The notes under the pieces were generated by a model. The model was not told the origin of the DNA. It did not search any database and worked only from the letters and a program-made list of their open reading frames with translations. A stretch of 64,000 nucleotides of DNA from Azolla caroliniana (lineage: Eukaryota > Plantae > Polypodiophyta). The position numbers and the translations under genes were made by a program. The DNA lies in NCBI GenBank assembly GCA_043228905.1, contig JBHGNT010000020.1:10602001-10666000 (forward strand). Reading direction: 5' to 3'. Below are positions 30,101 through 41,766 of the stretch, in pieces; the stretch's first letter is position 1; every line of letters begins with the position of its first letter.

Positions 30101-33100
30101 CGACCCATATGGTCGGGTTGCACAATAGCTACTCCTCATTTGGGGCACTATCACAAAATGTGCACTCTAAGAGTACATGGGATAAATTGACAACTTGGGG
30201 TTGATCATTGATTATATCTAACATATCCCGATGTGGTTGGGGTGATGCTAGATTTTTGAACACTCAGAATACGTATGAACTATGTTCCTGATATTGAGGG
30301 CTTAATTTAGGTGTTGTCATACCCATTCTAATTCTTTTGAGGCCATGTCTGTGATTGAATCCTGATAACTATCTTTGATCTGTGAATCAGGATGTGTGAT
30401 GTAATCACAATGACAAAACTTGAAGTGGAACTTAGCCAAAGTATAAATATAGATATTAGTTGATGCATGCACATGATAGTGGTCACTAAAATATGTGCAG
30501 TTGTTGGTGCCCTGAAGATAGCTGAGCCTCCAAAACAATCTCATTATTTAAGAAAGAGATAATAGTTGAAGTGAGACTCTAAACATAGCAAAAAGATAGC
30601 AACATTATTTAAGTAATTAATAATGTTTGATCCTAAGTCCTCGTCAAATAGAAAGAAAGATATAATAATGTCTTTTAAGATGCCAAACTGGCCAAGAAAA
30701 CCAAACATGAGATTTCGTCTTTTCCATATCCATGAAGTGGGTGATCAAGGCTTTAGCTCTGGACTCACCTCTTCCCACCCTCCATGCTAGAGCAAAGAGA
30801 ATATCTGATGCCCACATCTTTGTTCCGAGATTCTTGGCATCTTCATGTGGGTCTCCTATTTCAGCTCAACCAACCACTCGTACATAGAATGCATGAGCTT
30901 TCATTTTGGCTTCTTCTTCTAATGTGACACCATCATTTCCTTCTTATTCACTGGCATTCCTTTTTGTTTTTTCACTACCTATATGAAAATCTTGGCTTGA
31001 TTTTGGCATGTTTGGCCATCTTTGCCCATGTTTCTGATACAACATTTAAGATGTAATCTCTTGTTTGGACTTGCAACAGATTCGATGGAAAGAAACTGCT
31101 GACTTAATTGGCTCAAAAAGAGATCTTTTAATAGGAGATGTATTCCTTTGTGCTGCATGTATTTCTTATTATGGTGCATTCTCTGGGCCATACAGAAAAG
31201 CATTAGTTTCAAGTTGGGTTGGCAAGTTCCAGGTTCATCCATCTACTCATTATCTACTTATGGATAATTTATTCGAGTACATCTATTTTTTTTGCTAAAT
31301 GAATGAGAGTTTTAGCATCCTGATTTTTAACTTCCAATATGCTAGGAGCAAGGCATCCCTGTATCAGAAAACTATTCACTTCGAGGTATTTTATCTACTC
31401 CAGTTGAAGTACGTGAATGGAGCATCTGGGGCCTCCCCACAGATAATGTGTCTGTTGATAATGGTATTCTAGTAACCAGGGGCAAACGATGGCCACTGAT
31501 GATAGATCCTCAAGAGCAAGCTAACAATTGGATAAAGGCCATGGAAGCCAAGAATGGGTTGCGAGTTGTAAAACTTTCTGATGGTAATCTTCTGCGAACA
31601 ATTGAAAGCAGTATTAGGATTGGGAATCCTGTACTCCTAGAGGATATTGGGGATCATCTTGATCCTGCATTAGAACCCATCTTACAAAAGCAGGTAGCTT
31701 TTACTTCAATTTACTAATTTCTTTCAGCTGTAAGGAATGTCCTGTAACTTATATACTTTGAAGACATCCACATTATACATTATATAACTAATGAGAAAAC
31801 TCATGGTGGGTTTTTGTGAAAATGATTGCCGGAAAGAAAGAAAGATACATTAATGTCTTAAAATGGCCAATAAGACTAAACAAAAGATTACACCTTATAA
31901 TCTTGTCTCGTATTTATGAAAAACAATCTAAAATAGGTGTAACCAAGTAAAAAAGTAAACAAAAATTGAAGTAACCAAAGAACCCTGTTTATCTATGCAT
32001 GTAAGATCCTCAAGTCAGATAGATTGTGATTTTTGTCTTCAGTTCGGAAGGTCTCTAGCATATGTTGATCCAGAATGGAGAGATTTTTGAAGCAATGGAA
32101 CCATGTGGCGGGATATAATGGTTTTTATCTGTTGAGATCATGCCTACGTGCATGAATAATTGTTATTTCCCAATCTATTTTGATTCCTTTGCAATGTCAT
32201 AGTTGGGAGCCCACTTGTGTAGACTTTGATTGACCTGTAGCATGAGTAGGAGTGATGGGGCTAAAGAACAGCCCCCGGCACCATTGGTCCTCATATTCCA
32301 TTACCTTGTGTAGTGGGCCAAAGCTTTAGGTATAGAGGTGATGATATCTTCCCCTTTACTCATACAAAATTGTAAAGTGGCAAACATAGTGTTCTTCAGA
32401 TTCCACTCCTTGATGACACACTTGGTAGATTCTTTCTTCTAGAGGTGTGCTTGCGTATAAGTCTACCTCAATCTCTAATTGACGTGAGGAGGTCTGCAGA
32501 TGCCCTTTCACATTGCGTGACACATGTATAGATGTGTATCTATATAAGAGCACCTTCGGTGGTAGGTGATAATGGACTTCATTTTTCCACGATGAAGGGG
32601 AAGGGACCATGGTCTATATGGTTGTGGCCATTTCCGGATCTATGTTAACCTCTTGTTCTAGTCTAGACCCCACATTTGTAGCTTAGATATATTAATGTCT
32701 TTTGAGAGAATAAAATGATGTATCTCCCATGCTTGCAAATGTTATGTGCAGTACATGTGTTTCCCTTTGTCCTTTTTCAATATTACATTCATCATGTCCA
32801 ATGTATCTATCCAATGTGATTTTTCTTCCTTGTCCGTAGTTGAAAAGCATATGTTGAATCTTCAAATTTTGTTTTTGCTCCATGCTTGTCCTTAATACAA
32901 TAAAGAAAGGGTAAGGGTTGTGAACATTTCAGTTCTAATAGAAACCTGTCTGGGGTTTTCCATGAATTTGATTTCTACCCAAAAGGAAAACGCATGTCAA
33001 GGAAATTACAGTAGGCTGTTTTAAGTAATCAAATAGGAATATAATATATGAGTGCATTATGTAAAACTGAGCAAATACAAGTTTTTCTTTTGCAGATTTT

Positions 33101-36100
33101 CCAGAAGAATGGGCAGCTTATGATAAGACTAGGAGACACAGACGTTGATTATGATCCAAGTTTTAGACTCTATATGACTACCAAATTGTCTAATCCTCAC
33201 TACATGCCAGATGTTTGTATTAAGGTTACATTGGTCAATTTCACTGTAACAATGAAGGGGTTAGAAGATCAACTTCTTGGAGATGTTGTAAGGAAGGAAA
33301 GAGCAGATCTTGAGGAACAGAATGATCGCTTAGTTGTGAGCATTAGCAGTGATAAAAAACAGCTTAAGGATTTGGAAGACAAGATTTTAAAGCTTTTAAA
33401 GGAGAGCCAAGGAAACATTTTAGATGATGAAGTCTTGATAAACACCCTTAACAACTCAAAATTGACATCTTCTGTAATCCAAAGTCGTGTAAAGCAAGCT
33501 GAGATAACAGAAAAAGATATAACAGCTGCAAGAGAGCAGTATCGCATTGTGGCAAAACGAGGCTCAATCTTGTACTTTGTTATCTCTGATCTAGCTCTTA
33601 TTGATTCAATGTATCAATATTCACTAAAATTCTTTTGCCACCTTTTTAACCATTGCATCGATGGCTGTGAGAAGTCAGATGAGCTGGATACAAGGCTTGC
33701 CTTACTGATCAACTATATCACAGAAGTTGTTTACCTAAATATGAGCCGAGGACTATTTGAAGAACATAAATTAACTTTCTCCTTGCTTATATGTACTTCA
33801 ATCATGAGAGCAGCATGCCAAATTAGCGAAGATGAGTGGAACTTTTTGCTACGTGGATCCAATGCAACAGGATCTAAGCAAGGAAGACATCTAAATCCTG
33901 CACCCAAATTGATACCTGATGCTGCTTGGCGGAGTGTATGTGCCCTTGAAGAGGTGTCCAACGATACATTTTCAGGACTGACTGACAGCATTGTAACCAA
34001 TTTCAAATCATGGAAGCCTTTCCTAGAGATGAATGAGCCGCATAACTCGCCACTACCAGATGATTGGGATAAAAAACTTGAACAATTTCAGAGACTATTA
34101 CTTATTAAATGCCTCAGGGAAGAAAAGTTTGTCTATGCTTGTGAGGTGTTCATTAAGAATAACCTCGGTAGTCAGTTTGTTGGTAGTATACCATTACAGC
34201 TTGATGAAGTATTCAAAGATACTTCTAACACAACCCCTATAATATTTATACTCTCAACAGGAGCAGATCCTACTGGAATTCTTCAACGATTTGGTGAGAG
34301 AGTGGACAGAAAACCCGGGGAAAGATTGCATATCATATCATTAGGGCAAGGGCAGGGTCCAATTGCAGAAATGCTTGTTTCGAAGTCTAGAAAGACGGGT
34401 GATTGGGTATGTTTACAGAATTGCCACCTGGCCAGCTCTTGGATGCATACCATGGAAAGAATCATTGAAAGGTTTCAATCTGAAGCTTCGGAAATTCATC
34501 CTGAATTTCGCTTATGGCTTACTTCATTCCCCTGTAAAGAATTCCCTGTTCCAGTGCTGCAGGTAGACTGAAAACTGTAACATCTTTACCATGACATTGT
34601 TGTTTATGAATTAATATCTTCCCAAAGCAAATGACACGCTATATTTCTCTGTCCCTCTTTCAGAATGGAATCAAAATCACAAATGAGCCTCCTAAAGGAG
34701 TGAGAGCCAACTTACTGCAATCATATTCAGGATATTCTGATGAGTTCTTAGATAGTTGTACAAAGAATGGCCCTTGGAAGAAGCTTGCTTTTTCGATATC
34801 ATTTTTCCATGCAGGTCAAATTTCTCATTTTTAAGATCCAAAAAGATGCTGATAAGTAAACTAGAAAATGAATACTTTTTTTTCTCAATTTGAAAGAGCA
34901 TTTCAAATGTAAGAGCAATGTAACAATCTTACAAAAGTCATATTTGGGATTTTGAACAATTACAAGAACTGTATTTGATTATAATGTGTAGCACACAGCC
35001 AGCACTGAGCATTATAACTAAATACACCCATATATATATTATATAAAGAAGTTTATCATAGTAATGAACTAGCTAGTGAAGGATCTTAATGAGTTACAAG
35101 GCTTCTAGGATGAACTGCATTAGTAATAAATAATTCTAGCTAATAGATTCATTGATTCAAGGATTTTGTGGCCACAGTTATACAAGAGAGAAGAAAATTT
35201 GGTCCATTGGGATGGAATGTGAAATATGATTTCAATAACAGCGACTTAGATTGTGCACTACAAACATTGCGGATGTTCCTCCAAGAACAGCCAGAGATAC
35301 CTTGGCCAGCTTTACTCTATGTTACAGGTAAAAAAATCATAACGTAGATGAGAGCTATATTGATGTGTTTCATTAATTTGTAACAGGATCTGGATAATGT
35401 AATGTATGCAGGTGAGATCACTTATGGAGGTAGAGTTATAGATGATCTTGACCGCAGATGCTTAATGAGTACACTCCGACGCTTTTACAACCCTGATGTC
35501 CTATTAGACTCTTATTCTTTTACATCTTCACGCATATACACGTCACAACCGGAAGGAAAACACATCTCATATGTAGAGTATATCAAGTCCTTACCCACTG
35601 CAGAAGGTCCGGATCTGTTTGGAATGCATGAGAATGCCATCTTAACGTTTCAGCTTCATGAGAGCAATAAGATTTTGAGTACTGTAACAAGCATACAGCC
35701 ACGAGCTACCAGTGGAGGCGGGGCTAAAAGCTCTGACCAAATAGTAGCTGAGGTAGCAGAAGATATAATGAAAAACCTACCTGATCTGCTCAAAGATGTA
35801 GAAGGCCATTCCACCTCAGTGCTGGGTCCAGATGGGCAAATCAGCCCCCTTGCGGTTTTTCTCATGCAGGTCTCTCTTGATTGATCTTGATCCATATTAT
35901 ATGCACACAATTCATAGGTTTATGATTATATTTATGGCATTCAATTGGTCACTAATCACGGTTCTTTTTAAATAATAGGAATGTGATCGATTCAATAGGC
36001 TTCTTAATGTTATGAAATCAACATTATCAGAACTTCAGCGGGCTATCAAGGGTCTCGTTGTGATGTCATCTGAGCTGGAAAGTATGTTCTTGAGCTTCTT

Positions 36101-37873
36101 AAATAATCAGGTCCCAACATTATGGGCAGCAGTAGCATATCCATCACTCAAACCGTTGACATCATGGGTATTGGACTTTCACAAAAGAATATCTTTCCTA
36201 CGTTCTTGGATCAAGAATGGTGAACCACGGTGTTTCTGGTTACCTGGCTTCTTCTTTCCACAGGTACATTTTCAGTTGATATTCCATTAGTAACTTTATA
36301 ATTTTAATAACACTGAAAGTTTTCAATATTACGATATACTGCACATTTATATGATCCATTCATCAAGGTTCCAAAATGGGTTATTTACAATGTGTTTATA
36401 CTTAAATTTGATATTACATAAAGATAACTTTATGTGTAATTGCAAACAGCATGTTCTACATTTACTTGGCTGTAGTAACTGATCATATACCTTTGCCTAC
36501 TTTTCTAGGGATTCATGACAGGGGCCCTCCAGTTACATGCGCGGAAATATCAGATACCTATTGATACACTCAACTTTGGGTTCCGAGTTCTAGATTTGGA
36601 GAGTGAAGACGATGTTAAAAGTGCACCTTCGGATGGGATCTACATAAGCGGCTTATTCCTTGAAGGAGCAAGATGGGATACTGAAAACGGATTTTTGGCG
36701 GAACCCTTCCCTGGTATGTGTTGAATTTTAAAACCTTTTTACTACAAACGGGTATTATTCTGGTAGATTCCCTACCAGCTGACAATATTTTAGTATTTTT
36801 CCTTACATTATATCATTTTGTGACTTCTGTTTTTGGTGCCTTATTCTTTCAGATTTCAGTAAGATTTGCATGGATGTAACACTTTGTCTCATAGCTTAAT
36901 TTATTCTTTTGAAGATGTTAATATTACATTTCATTTCATTCTAAGATGGAAAAAAAATCAAATGATCCAAACTGATATGAGTAACTTGGATAATGAAAGA
37001 ATTTGAATCAGCCCCACACGCCACTTGGCCAATATCAGGTCATCTTTCTACACACATTCCAGGATGGATTCATCATCAGGCCCTCGTATGTCTCATGCAC
37101 TCCATAGCTTTCTAGAGAATTAACATCAGCTAGATATTGAGGCTTGATCTCATAAAAAAAGAACCATCTTAACATTGTTTAGACCCACAACTCATGCTAC
37201 AAGTCAATCAAGTGCTTAACAAATAGGTCTCAACTACAAAAATTAAATTGTGTACAATAGATTGGGCAAAAGCAATTTGTTGTGCACGTAGGCTGTGTTC
37301 ATCTGAACCACTGCCCCCATATGCTAGTATCACCAGACACCTGAAGTGCTACCTCATTTGGGAGACCCCCTCGATGGTTGGATTTGCCCACTGTTGGAGA
37401 TCTTTTGAAGGCAGAAGTTCTGGTCCATCAAGCTCAGAATGTTAACTGCATAGTTAACTATATTATCTGGTACCTTAGACAGTTTTACTAAGTTAGTTAT
37501 ACTTATTTTTGTTTGTTGTTTACGAAGTTGAGACAACATTTTAAGATGTACCCCCTCATATGCCAGTCTTTTTAAAAGACATTAATATAATTTTCTTTCT
37601 TTCCTAAATTGATAGTGATTGTCTTGAAACTGGACAGGTGAGATGCATTCACGTTTGCCAATTGTTCACTTCATTCCTGTTGTAAACTACAAGCCACCCA
37701 TAGACGAGTACCAGTGTCCCTTGTACAAGACTCACATAAGAACGGGTGTACTTACCACCACTGGTGCATCTTCCAATTTTGTGCTCAATATAAGCTTGAA
37801 GATTAATCCACATACTACTGCCGACTTCTGGATCTTGCAAGGCGTGGCATTGCTTTGTCAACTGGGTACATAA
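200..37873 (+). CDS. DNAH6: Axonemal inner-arm dynein heavy chain, DNAH6-like (5' end lies upstream of the window; 37 exons in the window)
   Basis: Hand-spliced exons: 200-799, 907-1104, 1196-1285, 4253-4354, 5841-5954, 6713-6805, 10420-10708, 10821-10927, 13454-13617, 15468-15642, 16288-16428, 16546-16676, 17622-17840, 17943-18163, 18284-18452, 18583-18891, 20236-20560, 20634-22553, 22633-22887, 23057-23308, 23379-23636, 23799-24105, 24469-24872, 25011-25253, 25354-25452, 26169-26429, 26525-26743, 29073-29288, 31080-31232, 31346-31693, 33096-34562, 34664-34814, 35178-35327, 35412-35869, 35979-36263, 36509-36713, 37638-37873 (TAA). Total 11334 nt with matching phases. Four P-loops ([32 protein letters not shown]), CFDEFNRI, stalk/MTBD and the C-terminal YQCPLYKT motif are present. 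[24 protein letters not shown] and [19 protein letters not shown] fit the DNAH6 subgroup, recognised from memory rather than searched. Confidence 0.93.
1527..1968 (+). mobile_element. LINE (RTE-X-like) 3' fragment, internally deleted
   Basis: Matches 3220-3260 and 3455-3825 of the neighbouring copy; ends in the family 3' motif (ggccattttgg...tatatcttt). Confidence 0.75.
2087..3838 (+). mobile_element. 5'-truncated non-LTR retrotransposon (LINE, RTE-X-like), pseudogenised
   Basis: RT motif [12 protein letters not shown] and [11 protein letters not shown]; C-terminal Zn finger [15 protein letters not shown]; frameshifts and stops; 3' UTR stem-loop followed by a (TTTC)n tail at about 3820-3838. 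Confidence 0.88.
3849..4210 (+). mobile_element. Solo-LTR-like dispersed repeat (copy 1)
   Basis: Starts tgttgagaatc and contains tatataaaac; a diverged copy lies in the opposite orientation at 27947-28347. No TSD confirmed. Confidence 0.5.
5343..5700. repeat. Minisatellite, about 74-75 bp x about 5
   Basis: Unit cacagagacatggctttgcattcttttgtagcttctttgtaccaa(a/g)aaatgaaatttctgttcct... starts at 5343, 5418, 5493, 5567 and 5641. Confidence 0.9.
7731..7822 (+). mobile_element. LINE 3'-end-only copy (about 90 bp)
   Basis: caaagacgagacaacacttaa...gtcttataggccattttggcctcttaaaagacgtcaatata. Confidence 0.8.
8231..9479 (-). mobile_element. 5'-truncated RTE-X-like LINE, minus strand, highly similar to the 2087-3838 copy
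   Basis: ORF 8519-9049: [42 protein letters not shown]. The tail reads (GAAA)n on the + strand at about 8231-8244. Confidence 0.88.
9480..9645 (+). mobile_element. LINE 3'-end fragment abutting the minus-strand copy head-to-head
   Basis: Same 3' UTR, stem-loop and degenerate TTTC tail as the other copies. Confidence 0.82.
9700..10310 (+). pseudogene. Old degenerate LINE RT remnant
   Basis: Translates to ...[14 protein letters not shown]... (an FVDF(R/K)KAFD-like RT motif), [13 protein letters not shown] and [10 protein letters not shown]; many stops. Confidence 0.7.
11393..13412 (+). mobile_element. Degenerate RTE-X-like LINE with a 260-bp internal duplication and a nested inverted tail fragment
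   Basis: Runs from [11 protein letters not shown] to the 3' stem-loop and tail. Duplication at 11795-12054 / 12055-12314; inverted tail piece at about 12772-12850. Confidence 0.85.
14000..15012 (+). mobile_element. Highly degenerate LINE copy
   Basis: Patchy similarity to the family (aagatggcccactata, ttagagattg, acattttggcctctcaaaagatgttaat, tctttctttctc). Left boundary approximate. Confidence 0.65.
18937..20035 (-). mobile_element. Degenerate minus-strand LINE remnants with an internal duplication
   Basis: gaaagaaagaaagatatcaatgtctt tail at 18937; duplicated block about 19455-19770 / 19780-20035. Boundaries approximate. Confidence 0.55.
20236..22553 (+). CDS. DNAH6: Dynein heavy chain exons encoding AAA1, AAA2 and the start of AAA3 (20236-20560, 20634-22553)
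   Basis: [99 protein letters not shown]; GT-AG boundaries. Confidence 0.97.
25640..25905 (+). mobile_element. Two tandem LINE 3'-end fragments
   Basis: ggccagtttggcttcttaaaagacgttg...cttctttctttc, immediately followed by ttggtcttataggccattttggcctcttaaaagacatt. Confidence 0.75.
27947..28347 (-). mobile_element. Solo-LTR-like dispersed repeat (copy 2, inverted relative to 3849-4210)
   Basis: Minus strand reads tgttgagaatctag...tatataaaacccc...cttacca (TG...CA termini). No TSD found. Confidence 0.55.
28355..28800. repeat. Degenerate tandem repeat, about 125-130 bp x about 4
   Basis: Recurrent gatgctgcatccaaggactgg...ggtagc...tgattacttctgataat at about 28360, 28488, 28619 and 28750. Confidence 0.65.
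31831..32540 (-). mobile_element. Degenerate minus-strand LINE copy
   Basis: ORF 32356-32610 ([15 protein letters not shown]...[14 protein letters not shown]); gaaagaaagaaagatacattaatgtctt tail at 31832. Confidence 0.8.
33096..34562 (+). CDS. DNAH6: Dynein heavy chain exon covering AAA5 C-terminal part, strut and AAA6
   Basis: [52 protein letters not shown]; tgcag acceptor and CAG|gtagac donor. Confidence 0.97.
36950..37603 (+). mobile_element. Degenerate LINE copy in the last dynein intron
   Basis: atccaaactgatat, ggatggatt, gagacaacattttaagatgta, aaaagacattaatataattttctttctttc. Confidence 0.65.
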
Positions 37874-38643
37874 ACAAGGTGTAAGGTCTCATATATTTGT
37901 TTGACATTCATTACTTGTCAACGATTCTCTCCTCCCAGATCTCAATCAACTGATATGTCGATATGCTGGAAATGTGCTCGAAACCATATCAAGAATCAAG
38001 TAGCTACTATTATTGCTGATAGAGGGGATAACATAACATGATTGAGCAACATCCAATACTTCAAATTTCAGGAAGCCAAGCATGAGAGAAACTATCCTCC
38101 TTGGCTTGGATACTGGCCTACGCCTTTGTGTAATCAGGCATAGTATCTCGCATATTTTGTAACAGGCTATGATTTATGTAGCTATGGTAACATGGATTTT
38201 CTTTGGACAAATAACAGAGGGGCAGAGTAATATTTTCAGGATGTATAATTTGTTTGGCCATCATTGGCTCAGAAATCAATGCATTAATGTAAGAGTTGTG
38301 TGTAATCATGTAAAGGAAAGAGCTTTTGCTCTCATTGAATCGCATGGCTTTGTAAAAATGTATTGTTAATTGGCTAGGCTTAAAAACCTCCGTAATGAAA
38401 CTAAATGTGTCAGTTATGTATTTGTCATTTGATTGTTGATTCAATCTTTGTAAATTATAAAAAAGTATTTGCCATTGGACCAGTCCTTTCTTTAGATGTC
38501 TTGAAGTTCTTCGCATAAGGATATGAACTCTTGTAAGGATCTCAAAGTACTAAGCAATAAAATTGACATTACTGATAACCATTAAAGTGGAGTTCCACAA
38601 ACTAGTCTTAACATATAAAGGATTTTAAGGTGTATATGGTGTA

Positions 38644-40171
38644 CAATGGTAACCCTTGTGGATCACTATAGAGTGCACATGAACGAAGTAATGTTAAGAC
38701 ATGATTGTTCTGGACCAAAAGATTCCTCTTTAAGAAACTCAATGCACATTCATAGAACAAGTGAATAATTTGCAAAGGGATGAGGTTAAACATCATCAAA
38801 ATAAGCTACTTAAATAGAATGAATGTGTCCAATGAAAAGAAAATGTGACTTAATTTCCTTAAGCTATTGCCCAATCCAATTTCCAAACCCTTCCAACCAA
38901 TGGTAACCCTTGTGGATCACTATAGAGTGCACATGAACGAAGTAATGTTAAGACATGATTGTTCTGGACCAAAAGATTCCTCTTTAAGAAACTCAATGCA
39001 CATTCATAGAACAAGTGAATAATTTGCAAAGGGATGAGGTTAAACATCATCAAAATAAGCTACTTAAATAGAATGAACGTGTCCAATGAAAAGAAAATGT
39101 GACTTAATTTCCTTAAGCTATTGCCCAATCCAATTTCCAAACCCTTCCAACCAATGGTAACCCTTGTGGATCACTATAGAGTGCACATGAACGAAGTAAT
39201 GTTAAGACATGATTGTTCTGGACCAAAAGATTCCTCTTTAAGAAACTCAATGCACATTCATAGAACAAGTGAATAATTTGCAAAGGGATGAGGTTAAACA
39301 TCATCAAAATAAGCTACTTAAATAGAATGAACGTGTCCAATGAAAAGAAAATGTGACTTAATTTCCTTAAGCTATTGCCCAATCCAATTTCCAAACCCTT
39401 CCAACCAATGGTAACCCTTGTGGATCACTATAGAGTGCACATGAACGAAGTAATGTTAAGACATGATTGTTCTAGACCAAAAGATTCCTCTTTAAGAAAC
39501 TCAATGCACATTCATAGAACAAGTGAATAATTTGCAAAGGGATGAGGTTAAACATCATCAAAATAAGCTACTTAAATAGAATGAACGTGTCCAATGAAAA
39601 GAAAATGTGACTTAATTTCCTTAAGCTATTGCCCAATCCAATTTCCAAACCCTTCCAACCAATGGTAACCCTTGTGGATCACTATAGAGTGCACATGAAC
39701 GAAGTAATGTTAAGACATGATTGTTCTGGACCAAAAGATTCCTCTTTAAGAAACTCAATGCACATTCATAGAACAAGTGAATAATTTGCAAAGGGATGAT
39801 GTTAAACATCATCAAAATAAGCTACTTAAATAGAATGAACGTGTCCAATGAAAAGAAAATGTGACTTAATTTCCTTAAGCTATTGCCCAATCCAATTTCC
39901 AAACCCTTCCAACCAATGGTAACCCTTGTGGATCACTATAGAGTGCACATGAACGAAGTAATGTTAAGACATGATTGTTCTGGACCAAAAGATTCCTCTT
40001 TAAGAAACTCAATGCACATTCATAGAACAAGTGAATAATTTGCAAAGGGATGATGTTAAACATCATCAAAATAAGCTACTTAAATAGAATGAACGTGTCC
40101 AATGAAAAGAAAATGTGACTTAATTTCCTTAAGCTATTGCCCAATCCAATTTCCAAACCCTTCCAACCAAT
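38644..40171. repeat. Near-perfect tandem array, 254 bp x 6
   Basis: Units start caatggtaacccttgtggatc at 38644, 38898, 39152, 39406, 39660 and 39914. Only three variant sites seen. Confidence 0.97.
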
Positions 40172-41766
40172 AGGCTTGGATGTTGGTTGACCAATGGATG
40201 AATAGCAAACTTGATTTGAACACAAATTGATAACTAGACTTAGGCATAGGACAAGATTTTAGTGTGTGAATTATTAGCATTCCAACTCTTGCTCACCAGT
40301 AAAACTAAAAGAAACCTCTTTGGGTGGTTATGTTAGAAAAGAAATGAGGCTAACTATTTCTTTGGCATGACCTACTCGAGAGGGATGTAAATCAATCATT
40401 GAGTTATCTGCAAGATGAAAACAAGTTGAATGCTACATTGGAGGGCCCCCATCATGTTATTGATGAGAGATCTAATCAGTGAGCTATGCAAATGAGAGTT
40501 AGCTACAATTCGACATAAGAAAGAGTTAGCTAGGGGTAAACGTTACCAAACTCCTTGGTCTATCTCTAGTAATGGAGTTTCATATCCTAATAGCTCTAGT
40601 GTAGTGCTAGAAATAGATAAGAAAAATGGACCACAAGGCTTTCGCCAAACCCACAAAAATATAGAGACCACAAACCCATATGGGGAACATTCACAAACAC
40701 ACACGCAACAAACACAAGGAATGATACCACAAAAGACTCAAAATATAGGCCTCACATCAGAGCTCTTTCCCAATCCATGTATTTGTATGTGGCTACAATA
40801 GCATAAAGGCAATCATTACAATACTAGTATATGCCACCATCATCATCATAAGCACATTTGCTTGATGATATTGTTCAACCAGCTCAAATTGCAAGAATGT
40901 TTCCAACATACTCAGCTAAGGGAATGCACATGACCACAAAGAGAAATTCAAGTCCTCGAGCCAGAATAGTTTGTGTTTATTGTCCCATGGGTGGAGTCTT
41001 TGGATTGATCTTAGATGAATAAAGTTGATTTGCACTCCACAAGGAAATCTTGAGGAAGTTCTTCAAGCATAAGAATCCATTTCATCGTTACCTAAATGGT
41101 ATCAACCTTATATGAACAAGTTGAGAATTCACTTTGCACAATATGGAGTGATTTTCCAATAATAAAGAAGCCTTTGTTATGCATTTTTCTCATCAAGGGG
41201 CTAAGTAGAGCTCAATTGGCAAATTATTTTCACCAAACAAGAGACAAGTGGAACCATGGAGGATTATGTTGGTCACCCTAGGATATGTTCAAACTATTGT
41301 ACACCTTGAATCGTGGCAAACTAGGCGAGGCCAAACATGTGTGGCCGTTAGAGCATTGATGGGGCCTTTCCCCTCAATGCTAAAGACACTAGCAACATTT
41401 TCATAGCCAATTATCTTGTTTATGTGAACTCTTTCCCAATTTTACATTAAGTAATGATGTATTTTAGTTATTAAGGAATTAAGTGGTGTTGTTCCATACA
41501 TGATCAAGTATGGTTTAGCTATGGACATGTTCACTCATTCTTCACTCTATCATACGATGTCATGATGTGATGATCGTGTCTATCTGCTACCAAATCATAA
41601 ATAGGCATGGCGAGGGAATTGCGGCCACGAACGGTGTAGGTTGCTCAGCTAAGGGTGCATGTGATCTGCACCGTTTGATTTGGATAAAAAAGAACACGCG
41701 AAAAAAGTTGTCAGAGGTTGCCAAACTCTAACACCTCAGTCGCCCAACTCTAACCGTCGTGGGTCA

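Noticed and set aside
38608-40069. Repeated 63-64 aa ORFs (MMMFNLIPLQ...) and a possible CRISPR-like or retrozyme array
   Set aside because: The ORFs are by-products of the 254-bp tandem unit and one copy is broken by a stop. There are no unique spacers, and I found no hammerhead core (CTGANGA...GAAA) on either strand.
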